Source of the DNA: the human T2T-CHM13v2.0 reference genome, Homo sapiens
Assembly (NCBI RefSeq): GCF_009914755.1
Contig: NC_060947.1
Strand: one strand, 5' to 3'
DNA length: 64,000 nucleotides
Part shown: piece after piece, positions 41,490 to 55,502 of the stretch
How the letters are laid out: the number at the start of each line of letters is the position of its first letter
How positions within the stretch are numbered: the stretch's first letter is position 1
Program-made: the position numbers and the translations under genes
The notes under the pieces: model-generated
What the model was told of the DNA's origin: nothing
Database searches by the model: none
Seen by the model: the letters and a program-made list of their open reading frames with translations, nothing else

Positions 41490-44400
41490 CTAAGCCACCT
41501 GGTTATGATTCTCCTCTCCTTTTTCTGTTTTCTGCTTTCCTTTCCCCCAAGGAAGCATTTCAATTCCTCTGCCCATGTTATGTCAGCCTCCTACCATCTG
41601 CCGTCCTGACCACAACATCGTAGCCTCCCTCCTGCCATGTCTCCATAACCCCATACAACCCAGCATATAGCAAGACCTCGAGCAAGCACTACTGGCTGAT
41701 GGAATGAGTCAAGAGATGGGGGTTGTTGGGCAGAGCCCAGTAGAGTTATCCAGCTCACTGAAAATCCCAGGCTTTCCAAGGAAAAGGTTTGGGATTTATT
41801 TTCCTTAGTTCATAGTCTGTGCTTTGAGGATTCAGCAGAACAAATCAGCAGATTAGTAAGTGGGCACCTGACATCCAGATGGGAAGAAACCACACTGCTC
41901 ACAATGACTATGGACTCGAAACTGCATTTTCAGGATAACTGTGTTCTGGACTGTATACTCTCATGAAAACACAAGCTCGCTTAGCAACAACCAGAGTAGT
42001 TGGAGGAAGAATGTGAAAAGATGGCAGAATTCATCTACAATTCCTCCGATACACAAGAGTAATTAGCCAGTTTTCAAAATTTGTAAGTATCACCCCTCTG
42101 AAATGCTGGATGAGGAAGGCAATGATCCCAAGCTTTTTCTGTTTCTCTCTGCCTGCACTGGCTTGTCTATTCTTCCCTATTTGGTAAAAGCCAAGATGTC
42201 TCAAATTGCAGCTCTCTTCCTGAACCATCCAGCCTGGAGTATCCCCTTCCCTGGGCCAAACTATTTTCGAGTGCCTAAGGGCTACTCCCCTAATTCACTG
42301 TCTGCAATCCTTAGTTATCTTTTTCCTATAATTCTGTTTAAATGGCTTAACTTGATTAAGAGTTCCTTGAAGACAGGGACTACATGATGTGTCTTTGCAT
42401 CTTTCGTTTATCTAAAATGTCTCCAACTTCAGCTGAAACTGAAAGTAGAAACCCAAAGCTTTCAACAGTGTTGAAACATCTTCTCCCGCCCCTATATGCT
42501 TCAAGAACTGCTGAGTAAATTAAAGTGCACATCTGAGAAGGCAGCTCCATTTCTCCATGTCCAGCAGAGCTAGCTAGTCAAGGTCGATAGCAGGAAAGAA
42601 AAAACATTGTGATAAACACTATTAAATGTCCAGGCTGAAATCTGCCGCTAAAGCAAAGCAAAGCTTTCCAATTACAAACTTACTTTGAACTCCTATTTTC
42701 ATTTCCGACATGTAATTATTACTAAATAAACCAGGCCGAGTGAATTAATACTTTTTTGGAATATAGTCAAGAAAAACTATAAGTACAATATTTTCAGTAA
42801 ATTATTTACAAGAATGGGAAAGGGAGGTGTCAAGCATTTTGCTCTAGTATAATGTATTGGAAAATTAGTTACAGTGTCTATTAGATTCAAATATGAAGAA
42901 GATTACATGTATACATATAGATATGGATATATGCATATATACATGTGTATCTACACACACGTGTGTATGTGCTTGTTCATTTCGGATCAAGTTTACCATT
43001 TGGGTATAATTACTTGAGTTTGGGCAGTGGTCTCTCGTCTCACCTTCAGCTGTAAGTACTGAACATGGAGCCCTGTGAGGAATTCCATTTGGGCTTTCTA
43101 CAGTTGAACCTCTCACCCCTGTAGTTTTACAAAGTGTCAGGTAATTTTAATATTTGGAGCCGTCTCTGCCCTCACACTCTTAGATCACATCCCTCCCTTA
43201 CAGACAGCAAGGGGTCCATCCCACCCTCTGGTTGGTTTCATCCCTCCGTGTCCCGTGGCCTCAAAGTCACAGCCAGGAGAAGTACAGTGGGCAGTGGGCC
43301 CAGCCTGCATGTGACCTCCGTGTCTCCATGTCCCCCTGTGCAGCCCAGGGTGGTACCTTCTCTCTGGCATTTTCAGGGAATGGCTAAGACCTGCAAGTCC
43401 CTGAGGGGCTCATGTGTTTTCTTCTCCCCATCCCAGCCTCTGAAACCCCTTATTCTATAGGTATCTGGGCTTCAGTATTAATGCGCTTGGTGGAATTCAC
43501 TTCAATAAACTTAGGGGAGCAAAACTACAGCTCACAAATGGACTTCTAGAAAAAAATGTCCACATATTTGTTTGACCCACCAAACAAATACAAAAATGCT
43601 AATAGTGACACTTTCACAACTATATCAAGGAGCCAATGGTGTCTGGTGGTGTGACAAGGTAAAGCAATGCCCTGCAGCAATGCAAAAGATAGCTACGAAC
43701 ACTCAGAGTGCAAGAGCTGGAGATGTCTTCTGAAGGGCAAGGACCGTGGCTGACCAAGGAAGAGGTTATCTTTAGGCAGACAACCTTGAATTACAAGAGG
43801 CAGCTATGTGCCCTTCCTTCCCATACACAAAACAAACCCTAGCTGGCATCAACAAGAACTCAAACTACCCTTGATTTTTTTTTTAATTGTACCTGTAAAT
43901 CCTGACTTGAATGCTTTCCAGTAGAGAAGTGTGGTAAACTCAGGCTGTAAAGTCAGGAATACTTCCTCCCAAGTGCATTTAACTTCAAATGGCTTCCCCG
44001 TTTCTCTAGAATAGAGACATGCAGAAGCTTCCATCTGGATGCACAAGTATCCAGACGAGACTTGTACTCCAGATGCACAGGCCTCATCTTATGGCTTCTG
44101 TGCTGTGAGGAGAGTTGGCATCTCCGGTGCCCCAGATGGCTCACCATCCTAAGGGCCTGAAACCGAGGAAAATGTGCAGGCAATGCATACGCGCCAACTT
44201 CCAGTGTGGGAGCTCAGTGTCCAAGCTCAGCCCCTGTATGCTTAAGCTAAAGTCCCCTGGCTCTCTGGCTTGACTGGAATCTACATTGCATTTCCCCAAG
44301 GTCAGTTCCTGCACCATTTGCTTGGCAAGCCATTTTGAGCCACTCTCATCTCATCCTGGACAGGATTTTGGTATCCACTCGCCAGCATTATCCAGCATAA

Positions 44401-44657
44401 CCACAGCTGAGGAACATTCAGTCCTCTGCCAGTCTAGTCCCCAAAGGCCTGGCCATGTGGGACCAATTTTCGGGCAGATGGAAACATACATTCTGCAGCT
44501 GCACAAGGGTAAATCTTAATTACAGCCCTCAGTCTGGAGTGATCGGCAACCAGCGTGGTCACCTTTTCAGACTTCCGCCTATATAAGCTCTGATGAAATC
44601 TTAGAGCACATAAGCCTTGCTGTTCAGAAAGACAACATGAGGGCAACATATGCATGA

Positions 44658-44715
44658 GTGTGTGTGTGTGTGTGTGTGCGCGTGCACGCACACACATGCA
44701 CGCACACACACATAC
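44658..44715. repeat. (GT)n-(AC)n alternating purine/pyrimidine tract
   Basis: gtgtgtgtgtgtgtgtgtgtgcgcgtgcacgcacacacatgcacgcacacacacatac. Confidence 0.9.
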
Positions 44716-45244
44716 TAGGTTTCCCTTTCTACCTAACTCCCGGAAACGCATGGAAGCCCCTCTGCATCCAGACGTGATAGATGTATATTTATATTCTATT
44801 TCAGTATGCTGGACCTTCCGTGTGATTCTGAGTTGCAGCAGCTTAATAGGGTACAGGAGGAGTTTTCGAATTGTGCCCTTAGCAGGCAAGTAGACAGCTC
44901 CACTGTGGGGCACAGAAGCAAGTGTCTCTGAAGTCTTGGGCGTGCTGAAAAGAATTCTGTGAAGAAATCGCAATTCATCTCTTGTGACACTACACACAGC
45001 TGTACGCACAGCCCCTTTTGTGTCAGGAAGCCCCAGGATTCCTGAGTAAACAGTTGAAGAGTGCAGGTAACAAGAGACCATTCATCACTTGAAACAATTT
45101 AGAATATCTTGAAGTGTGCTTTAGAAAGTAATTTTTTTCATTTTTGAATTTAAATATGAGAGTGGCAATCTTCTCAAATCACTAACTTCAAAATCAATTT
45201 GTATCTTTCAGAATCACTCCCTAAACAAAACAAACAAAAATGCA

Positions 45245-45715
45245 TAATTTACATGAATGTTCATAGCAGCATTATTCATAATAGCCAAAAGGTGGAAGAA
45301 ACTCAAGTGTCCATCAGAGGATGAATGAATTCACAAATCGTGGTTCATCCCTATAATGGGATACTATTCAGCCATAAAAATGAATGCAGTGCTGATACAC
45401 GCTGCAACATGGATGAGCCTGGAAGTAACATGTTAAGTGAAAGAAGCCAGTCACAAAAGGATGAATATGATATGATTCCATTTACATGAAATATTCAAAA
45501 TAGCGAAATCCACAGATGCAGAAAGCAGGTTTCTGGTTGCCAGGGATTGAGGGAAGGAGAGAATGGAGAGGAACTGCTTAACAGGCACGGGGTTTTCTTT
45601 GGGGATGATGAAATTGTTGAGGAACTAGACAGAGGCAGTGGTTTCACAACACTGAACATATGAAGTGCCACTTCATTGTTCACTTGAAAATGGTTAATTT
45701 TATTTTATGTGCATG
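45245..45715 (+). mobile_element. L1MB-type 3' end
   Basis: acatgaatgttcatagcagcattattcataatagccaaaaggtgg...gttaagtgaaagaagccagtcacaaaagg...ggggatgatgaaattgtt...aaaatggttaattt. Confidence 0.92.
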
Positions 45716-46087
45716 ACTGAAAATGTATGAAATACATTTTGCTAAGTAATCTGTGAAGTCTTTGTTCCAAAGGATTTAGGGTTTTTTTTTTTGCTTTGTT
45801 TTTTTGGAAGAATCCATTTAAGATACCTCTAAAGTCTTATATTCATGACACTTTTTTAAATGCCTCTTGGTGGATTCTGAGAATAAGTGGTTCTAAGAAA
45901 CAAACAAACCAAAAAAAACCTCTACCCTATGGAGCTGGCAACTGAAAGGCAAAAACAGTTGCAGTTTATCTACCCAAAATCAAATAAAGTAAGCAGAGAT
46001 TAAGACACATAGCTGGGCCATTATATGTGGATTAATGCAAGGAATCTGACATTTTTCCAGGTAAAGAAATTGAGACATCAGTATAGC

Positions 46088-46245
46088 CCCAGGCTTCTTA
46101 AAGCATGGTCCATGGACCACCAGCCTTGGCATCACCCCAGAGCTTCTTAGAAATGGAGGGTCTCCATCCACCCTAGAACTACTGAATCACAGTCTGCGTT
46201 TTGACAAGATTCCCAGGGGATCCTCATTATAGCTAGAGAAACAGT
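46088..46245. mobile_element. MER5A/B
   Basis: tggtccatggaccaccagccttggcatcacc...ttagaaatg...actactgaatcacagtctgcgttttgacaagattcccagggga. Confidence 0.8.
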
Positions 46246-46275
46246 CAACCGGCCCCTCTCCCTGAAGTTGTATGA

Positions 46276-46988
<713 letters not shown>

Positions 46989-46989
46989 T

Positions 46990-47200
46990 AGGCAAAAAAG
47001 CAGGGTTCCGGGTGGCTGCAGAGGAAAGATGTGGTGGCTCAGATGTGTGTACTAGAGGTATTGCCGATCCCCATAGATTGGAGTGGGCTGGAGAGAAAAA
47101 CAGACTCAAGAAGGACTCCAAGATGGGCCCAAGCTACAAGAAGGAGGGAGATTCCCATCCCTAAGATGAGAAAGGAAATAGGAAGGGCAAGTTTGGTGAG
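46990..47200 (-). mobile_element. L2 fragment
   Basis: gactcaagaaggactccaagatgggcc...gattcccatccctaagatgag...ggaagggcaagtttgg. Confidence 0.55.
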
Positions 47201-47233
47201 AAATTCAAAGCATGCTAAAAAATGTTAGAAACA

Positions 47234-47616
47234 GGCCAGGCACAGTGGCTCAAACCTATAATCCTGGTGCTTTGGGAGGCCCAGGCAGGAGGACTGCTCG
47301 AGATCAGGAATTCAAGATCAGCCTGGGCAACATAGCGAGACCTTGTCTCTACAAAAAAATATATATATATACACATATATATGTATGTATATATATGTAC
47401 ACATTATATATATATATATTATATATAATATATATATATTAGTTGGGCGTGGTGGCGCACGCCTGTAGTCCCAGCTACTCAAGAGGTTGAAGTGGGAGAA
47501 TCACATGAGCCTTGGAGGTCCAGGCTGCAGTGAGCTGTGATCACGCTACTGCACTCCAGCTTGGGCAACAGAGACCTTGTCTCAAAATAAAAGAAAAAGA
47601 AAGAAAAAGAAAAAAA
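47234..47616 (+). mobile_element. AluJ with (AT)n expansion in the central linker
   Basis: ~80-nt TA/TG-rich tract at 47359-47439 between the arms; TSD aaaaaatg(t/c)tagaaa. Confidence 0.93.
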
Positions 47617-48069
47617 TGCTAGAAATATACATGCATTGCAATTAGGTGTGTGCATTGCCTTGTGAGAATTTCCACTCAAGGAACCGACCATACTTGCCCC
47701 TTCTCACAACGGGCTCTGTATTTATGGACACATGGCTCTCAGTCATTACTGCATGCATGTGCACACCCACACATGTGAGAGAATGCAATGTGCTAACTGC
47801 ATTCAGACATAGCCAGGCCCTTGGGGCTGCTTTTGGAGACTCTCTATGGAGACTGTAGGACGCTTCACGCTGAGTATCAGGTGACTAGAGAGACCAAATG
47901 AGAAGGCTCTCTGCAATCACCCAATTTGACGCTTGAGAAGATTACCCATAATCTTGAGTTCTTTATTTCAGAAAGCAAATCAATTGGCATCTGGAAAAAC
48001 AAGAGTACTACATCTTGGGGGAAAAAACAACAAAACTCAGCTTCTGCCTTGATAGAATAGATGCCAGGA

Positions 48070-48400
48070 ACCATATATGTGTGTCTATATATGTGCGTAT
48101 ACTATAAAATTATAGAATTGTAAAATCAGATTTTATTTATTATATAATTACATTATATCCAATATTGTATAATACACAATTAAATAGTTGTTGGAGGTAA
48201 GTATACATAATACATAATTATCAAACATAATTATATATTTTGTGTAATATGTAATATTTATATTTTTATATAAAATTATATTCTGCACTTGTACAATGTG
48301 TATTATATAATATGTATATTAATGTATAATGACCATGAATATGTCTTTACTAGCATATACAATAGCCATTAAAAATCACCAAACCATAAAATGTACATAA
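48070..48400. repeat. AT-rich low-complexity tract
   Basis: Degenerate TATA/TAAT runs. Confidence 0.75.
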
Positions 48401-49003
48401 CTCCCAAATTAATGCCTCACCCATGGCAGCCTACCTGTCCTCTAGATGCCACAGACAATGTGGGGCTGTCCCCAAGGGACACAGTGACCACCAGTCACTC
48501 TTCGCTCTTGAAATGACTCACATTTCCTCACCCACCCCCAGCTTTCCCTTCGGCTCACGGAACCAGGCCCCCACCACCCACTTCTGTGCCCTTTAAATGT
48601 ATTATTTCCTGTGCTGTTACTCACTCTCTCGAAAGTTTTTAACAATATGAGGAAAGTGGATGAATAATTCATCCGAGCCCCGTAAATGACTCTGCAAGAC
48701 AGAACGCAGGTGTAGCATAGAGAGGGCCAACTAGCAGATAAGCACTGGGACACAGGCCCCCTGGGGTGCCAGGCTAGAGGAAGTTCTAGGAGGTGAGCAG
48801 CAAGGACCAGCCAGAGGTCTTGAGTGAGGTGAGTGATTTGGGATGCCAGACACACTACGGGTGAGCATGAGGAATGGGAGTCAGCTCCTTCCCAGCACCA
48901 TTTTGTTAAGTATATCTTATTTTCACAAGCCAAACCTGTATTTGCCAGGGCAGGATAACTGCTGGAACAAACAGCCTCAGTGGTTCAGCACAGTGAGTGC
49001 TTA

Positions 49004-49221
49004 CAGACAGTCCTGACTTACAATGGCTTGACTTACAAATGTTCAACTTTATTATGGTGTGAAAGCAATATATATTCAGTAGAAATCATGCTTCTCTCTC
49101 AATGCTGGGCAGCAGCAATGAGCCACAGCTCCCACTCAGCTACATATTTTTGGCATAATGATATTTTCAACTTATGATGGGTTGATCAAGATGCGACTAC
49201 ATGGAAAGTCAGGGAGCGTCT
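49004..49221 (-). mobile_element. MER47/Tigger5-type TcMar element
   Basis: cagacagtcctgacttacaatgg...attcagtagaaa...gatattttcaacttatgatgggtt...gagcgtct; TA preceding the left end. Confidence 0.85.
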
Positions 49222-49379
49222 ATATTTCTTGTTCACGTAACATTCCAATGGGCAAGTTCCTGCTCTGATGGTGCTCCTGGGCACCTTTCCTGCTTCTGAC
49301 TTTTGGACCTGCCACATTCTGGGATTATAAAGGATTCGCCTTCCAGGCATACCAAGAGGGAAAGAGCCAGCATGGAGCA

Positions 49380-49560
49380 TTGCTCAGGAGGCTGTTTGGG
49401 GCTGGGCCTGCAGCCAGCATAGGTCAATTCAGCCACATCCCACTGGACAGAGCCTAGGCATATGGCTACACAGAAGTGTCAGAGAAACTGGGAAGTGTGG
49501 TGTAGCCGTGAGCCCAAGAGGAGAAGGACACAAGTGTGTTGGGTAATGAGGCAGCTTCTG
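49380..49560 (-). mobile_element. MLT1J/K-like LTR fragment
   Basis: cacatcccactggacagagcctaggcatatggc...gaaactgggaagtgtggtgtagccgtgagcccaagagg. Confidence 0.65.
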
Positions 49561-49944
49561 TCACAAGGCACCAAGGAGTGACCACAAAGACAAGGAAATC
49601 AGGCAGAAAACTGTTATAGGGGAAAGAGCTTTTTAGAAATGGTTTACCCGATTCCAGGAAAGTCTTTAGAACTACCACTGCTCTCTTCACCCAAACTTAA
49701 ATCATAAAGAACAACAACAACATGATAATAACAGTAATAATAAGGTTGGGGGAATGCACCTAAAAAACTGGCTAAATCCACACTAGAGAGGATATGCAAT
49801 GAATTAGAGATTATGTTATAGTTGTAGTGTTGGCCATCAAACCCATCAATAACTAACATATAAGAGCAAACGTTAGTTCAAGTTTCCCTGTCTTGGTGGC
49901 AATTCGACCCACATTGTCTTTCCATGTCCTGGTTGTTCTAGCTT

Positions 49945-50405
<461 letters not shown>

Positions 50406-53067
50406 TAAGCCTGATTGCTTTCTGCTGTTAAAAACTGATCAAATCCACTGTTTGGACTTCTCAGGGTACAGTCTATTTGACGTCCAATCTTTTCATTGTC
50501 TCTGCTTAAACCGAACAACAGGTGAGCAACTCTTCCTGGACCTCCCTTGCTCTTGCTGTTCCTACTGCATCAATTCATACAGCATGGAAACCTCCATAAA
50601 TACAGCATCTACTGACCTGGGATGCCCCTTTTGTTTTTGATGTCTGAACCAGGGAGATTTTGCTAAACTTCAAAAGTCTTAAGCAGAAGAAGAAATATTT
50701 AGGTTTGTGCATGACGTGGAAGCTTTCCCATCATTTCTTTAAAGGGCTTCCCTATAGGCTTTAATAGGCTTCCCTCTATTTTCTATGTCCCATTTATAAA
50801 CACCGCCACTCCCGGCTATAGCAGTTGGGATTCAAAACTACTTCCTCCGCTGGTGATTTATCATTTCACTAGTTTATACTCATCCTGCATCTGTTCCTTA
50901 GGGCGGCCATAACAAAGTCAAAGCCAAGATTTACTCAAGTCTGAATTCAAAGCCCAAAATAATTCCATCCCATGAGCTCATTTTCCCAGCACTTTCTCTA
51001 CCCCAGGATAAAATGCCATGAATCTATTTACTATCCCCACAGTCCTTATACAGATCCGCTGATTTCATCTGATATTTTCTGACCTATGGGTCCTTTTCTC
51101 TGCCTGAAACAAAATATCTACTTAATCTTTCTTCTTCGGTCTTCATCAAGTACTTCATCAAGTACTTTAATTCCTAAATTCAACGATGTGACTCCTTTAC
51201 TCTCCTCTGTAGCTAACAGAATTACACAGAAAATCCTGCAATTAATAATAGCCATTAACACCTTTTTACACCTGTGTAGAGTTCTGTCATTTATTTTATA
51301 TAAATATATATTTCCCACTGGTTTTAACCCACAGTGAACCTGTCTTGAAATACAGCCTCCCGAAGACCCCTCCAGGTTGGCCACACTACCTGGGCTCACT
51401 TCTACGGGCCCACCTTGCTGTGCTCAGGCCAACACACCTTCCTGAGCCTACTGGCAACTCAGCTTCCCACATCACACTGATTACATAATTATGCCTCTGG
51501 CAACTTTTATTGTCATTTGTAAGTGGCTACTATTGAAGGAAGCCACACATTTTTCCTGAATTTTAGGTCATTTTTGCTCTCCCAGACACAGCTTCCATTT
51601 GGACTACCAAGAAGTAATTGTTTACCTCCACAAGTTTCCATCATGCCATACACTAATGGCCGACTAGTTATGTAATCATTAAACAAAATCCTCAAAGCTT
51701 CAAGGTATTTCAAAAAAATATTTTTATTATAAAGCGATGGATAACCCTTAGCTAAGTTATGAGCCAATTCCTATTTTGTAAAGTTGTGAATTCTATTACA
51801 CAATGGTTACCTTTCATGGGAGAAAAGACAGAGCACTATTCGCGTCCAAATGCAGAAACTGGAAGCAATGCAAACTACCAAATTGTCTTCAGCTAAAACA
51901 AAAACCAAACATTTCATAATTGAGCCAAGACCCTAATCCAACTCATAACAGTAAATCAGTGGCACAGATGGTAGCCATGGCGACCTTATTTTGGCTCTAT
52001 ATAATCTACATGTCAGATGTCGCACACGTGAGATGGGATGTTAGAGTATTACCAAAATAGTGAACAATGGGCTCACTTCAGATTCCCAGATTCCTTGACC
52101 TTAAATTTAAACTACCCTTTTAAATCCATCTGAAAATATTCAAGACAGCACTCAGGCTTCCTGATTTATGCTAACAATTTGATCGTCCTTCCCTTCTTTT
52201 AGCAAAGCTCACCACATTTGAATACACTGAACGTTTAACCACCTCAACACATTTCTGATCAAAGCAAGTGTGAAATAATTTCTCCCGCTTTGTACAGCAA
52301 AATTCTTTCTGCAAGTAAGTAAGAGGAGATAATGCAATTCAAAAGGCCTGAAGACTGGGCTTATATTATAGAAGATGTATTTGCTAATATAATCACATGA
52401 AATTGTTTCTTTTGTTTTCTTAAGCCTCAGCTGGGAGACAGTGGCAACTGAAACAGTGTTCTCACATTGTATCCTGATCTTCAAGATGCTTTACAAATGA
52501 AATTACTTTCTGATAATGAAATCCACTAGACTGTGGGAGAGCCTATTAGGAGAAGCCCCATGATCCCCCTCACTGCTTTGGGCCATTTCAAAGCTGATGC
52601 TCAGGGGCCCTTCCCTGACTCTGGAAGGAAAGCCAACGAGCAGATCCTGCGTGGAGAGAGGGAACGCGGAAGCCCTGTCTCCCGGCCTTGTGCTTTAACA
52701 TCCAATTCTCATTATTTGGGCCTCCAGGGGCAAGGAGCTCGCAGTACCGGGGAGGTGAAACACCACCTGAAATGCAGGAAAAGTCTGGAGTTTGTCGTAA
52801 AATTTTAAAATCCGCATCCTTCCTATAGAATTGTCTAAGCTTCAACTTTTTCAGAAGAAATGTTCTGATCAGGAATAATCCTAGTCTAACTGCAAGTCTT
52901 TACCAAAGCGGGCAGGCAATCTGAACACTCTCTTGCCTATGCCCTGCTCTCCCATGAGTCGTTGGAGTTTAACTTGCATTTTCCGCCCCGTTCAATTCCC
53001 TTGGTCCTGGGTTGAGTGGATCTTGTGAGAGAAAAGGACACGACCCCAGAATCTGCAGAGAGTGTAG

Positions 53068-53585
<518 letters not shown>

Positions 53586-54116
53586 CTGGAGTTTAATTAA
53601 ATAAGCTGTGGGGAGGATGTGAAAAACTCATTGCAAGCTCATTCGCAGAAGCTGCCACTTGATTGGCACACATTGTTTTGTCGCGACATGTTTTCTTTAA
53701 CACCTGTCTGATTGCACACATTTTCTATTTGGAGAGAAGCCACACTTCCCAGGTTAGAATCACAGCTTCCCGCAAGTGTGTGGTCTGAAGGAAGTCTCTG
53801 AATGTCCTGGGGTCTTAGTAAGGACGTCAGAAGGGGGCACAGAATGAATTGGGGCAAGTAGAGCAAAGCAGTCAGACTGCCCGGTATGTGAGACAGCCCA
53901 GAAATGCAGTGATTTTTATTCTTATTTTTACCCGCCTCGGATGTGAAAGCTGTAATATAACCGACTCTGGTAAATCAACACCAGTGGGTCGTAATTCCTT
54001 ATAGCATTCATGTGCAGCCCCTACAAGTGTTAAGTGGTTTAGCGTCTCCTTGGCCCTAGATGGTACTAAGCGGAAGTAAGAGTATGTTGTGCTGTTACGT
54101 TTAAGAAGATGACTTG

Positions 54117-54410
54117 GGCCGATCACGGTGGCTCGCATTTGTAATCCCAGTACTTTAGGAGGCTGAGGCGGGAGGATAGATTGAGGCCAGGAGTTTGAGA
54201 TCAACCTGGGCAAGATAGTGAGAGCCCCCTCTCTACAAATAAAAAATTAAAAAATTAGCTGGTGTGATGGCATGCAGTTGTGGTCCTAGCTACTTGGGAG
54301 ACTGACATGGGAGGATCCCTTGAGCCCAGGAGGTCAAGGCTGCGTTGAGCCATGATGGCACCACTGCACTCCAGACTGGGTGACAAGGTGAGACCCTGTC
54401 TCCAAAAAAA
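54117..54410 (+). mobile_element. AluJ
   Basis: Full dimer; TSD aag(at/gc)gactt. Confidence 0.94.
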
Positions 54411-54840
54411 CAAGGCGACTTAGTAAAAAATCGGGGGGAAATATGGCAATAAATATAAGAAAACTTAAGGAGGAAATATTATGTCTATAGGAAAAGCATG
54501 GTTATATATCAAGGTAAATACTGTGCCCAGTTCTCATCTAATTATTGTGAGGGTTGTCAAAGAAGAAAATTGATTTTATAACCTCTAGAATTTTTTCAAA
54601 GAAGGGAGGGAGGAGGGAAAGAGGAGAGAGAGAAGAACCTGAAAGGAAACGGGAAATGAAAAGAAAAGGAAGCAAAGGGAAAAGAAATCTCTCAAAACAT
54701 CAGGTGTGCCTTTGTTTAGTTGAGTATAGACTGTCTGTGGTGGCTTGGGGTCGTGGCGTTTTAATTGCACAATGCACCAATATGATGCTGCGCGTGCAGT
54801 GTAAACAGCTAACTGAAAGCAGAGTACCAAATGAATACAC

Positions 54841-55140
54841 ACAAGCCTCGGAAGCCGCCTCAACCGGGGCAGCTGCTGCCCTTCACCGAGCCCTGGAACT
54901 TCTTTTGTTACCTGAGCCCTTAACACTCGTCTCCAGGCAACCGGCGCCCCCTCCCCACCGTCTAGAGTGGGAGGCGCCGGCCCCCGGCAGGGCTGCGGCT
55001 CTCCGGTTTCATCCCACCGGTCCAGATTGCTGAGGAGTTATGTTTAAATAACTTCTCTATTCCGTAATCAGTACGCTCCTCCCGACCCATTAATACAGCG
55101 AAGCTGCAGTCTCATATTTGGGGCCTCGAAATCACTTCTG
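54841..55140. promoter_or_regulatory. Small non-repeat CpG-rich patch (candidate promoter/enhancer)
   Basis: 19 CpG counted in 300 bp, well above most of the window; GC-rich core 54941-55020; function inferred only. Confidence 0.5.
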
Positions 55141-55214
55141 ATTGCAGGGTGGGAAAACAAACCACCACCAAAGTTACAGGTTATACACGATACCCAGACA
55201 GAGGCCCACAAACA

Positions 55215-55502
55215 GATGTGTATACCTATATGTGCACACAAACATGCACACAGTACACACGCACGCACATGCATGTGTGCATGCAAACACGCATGTGCGT
55301 ATATACACAGAAACACACAAATGCAGACACAAACATGTAAACGCCATGCATGCAATTGCGTACACACGTGCATATGTAGGCAGTATCATGTCTGTACACA
55401 CATGCACACCTATGTGTGCATATGGGTATGTGTGCATACACGTATGCATACAGACACACATGCCCATATACACACATGCACATGCATATACACCCACACA
55501 TA
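55215..55502. repeat. ~290-bp degenerate (CA/TG/TA) alternating purine-pyrimidine tract
   Basis: gtgcacacaaacatgcacacagtacacacgcacgcacatgcatgtgtgcatgc... Confidence 0.9.

Noticed and set aside
44434-45081. 215-aa minus-strand ORF
   Set aside because: Non-ATG-context chance ORF crossing a dinucleotide repeat; no recognisable domain.
48636-48866. Cluster of plus-strand splice donors (also isolated donors at 4829, 15292, 22100)
   Set aside because: Paired acceptors are weak or ambiguous; such hexamers are expected by chance in 64 kb.
53827-53841. CTCF-like words (tcagaagggggcac; also near 22791 and 40937)
   Set aside because: Each has two or more mismatches to the core consensus; not distinguishable from chance without ChIP data.
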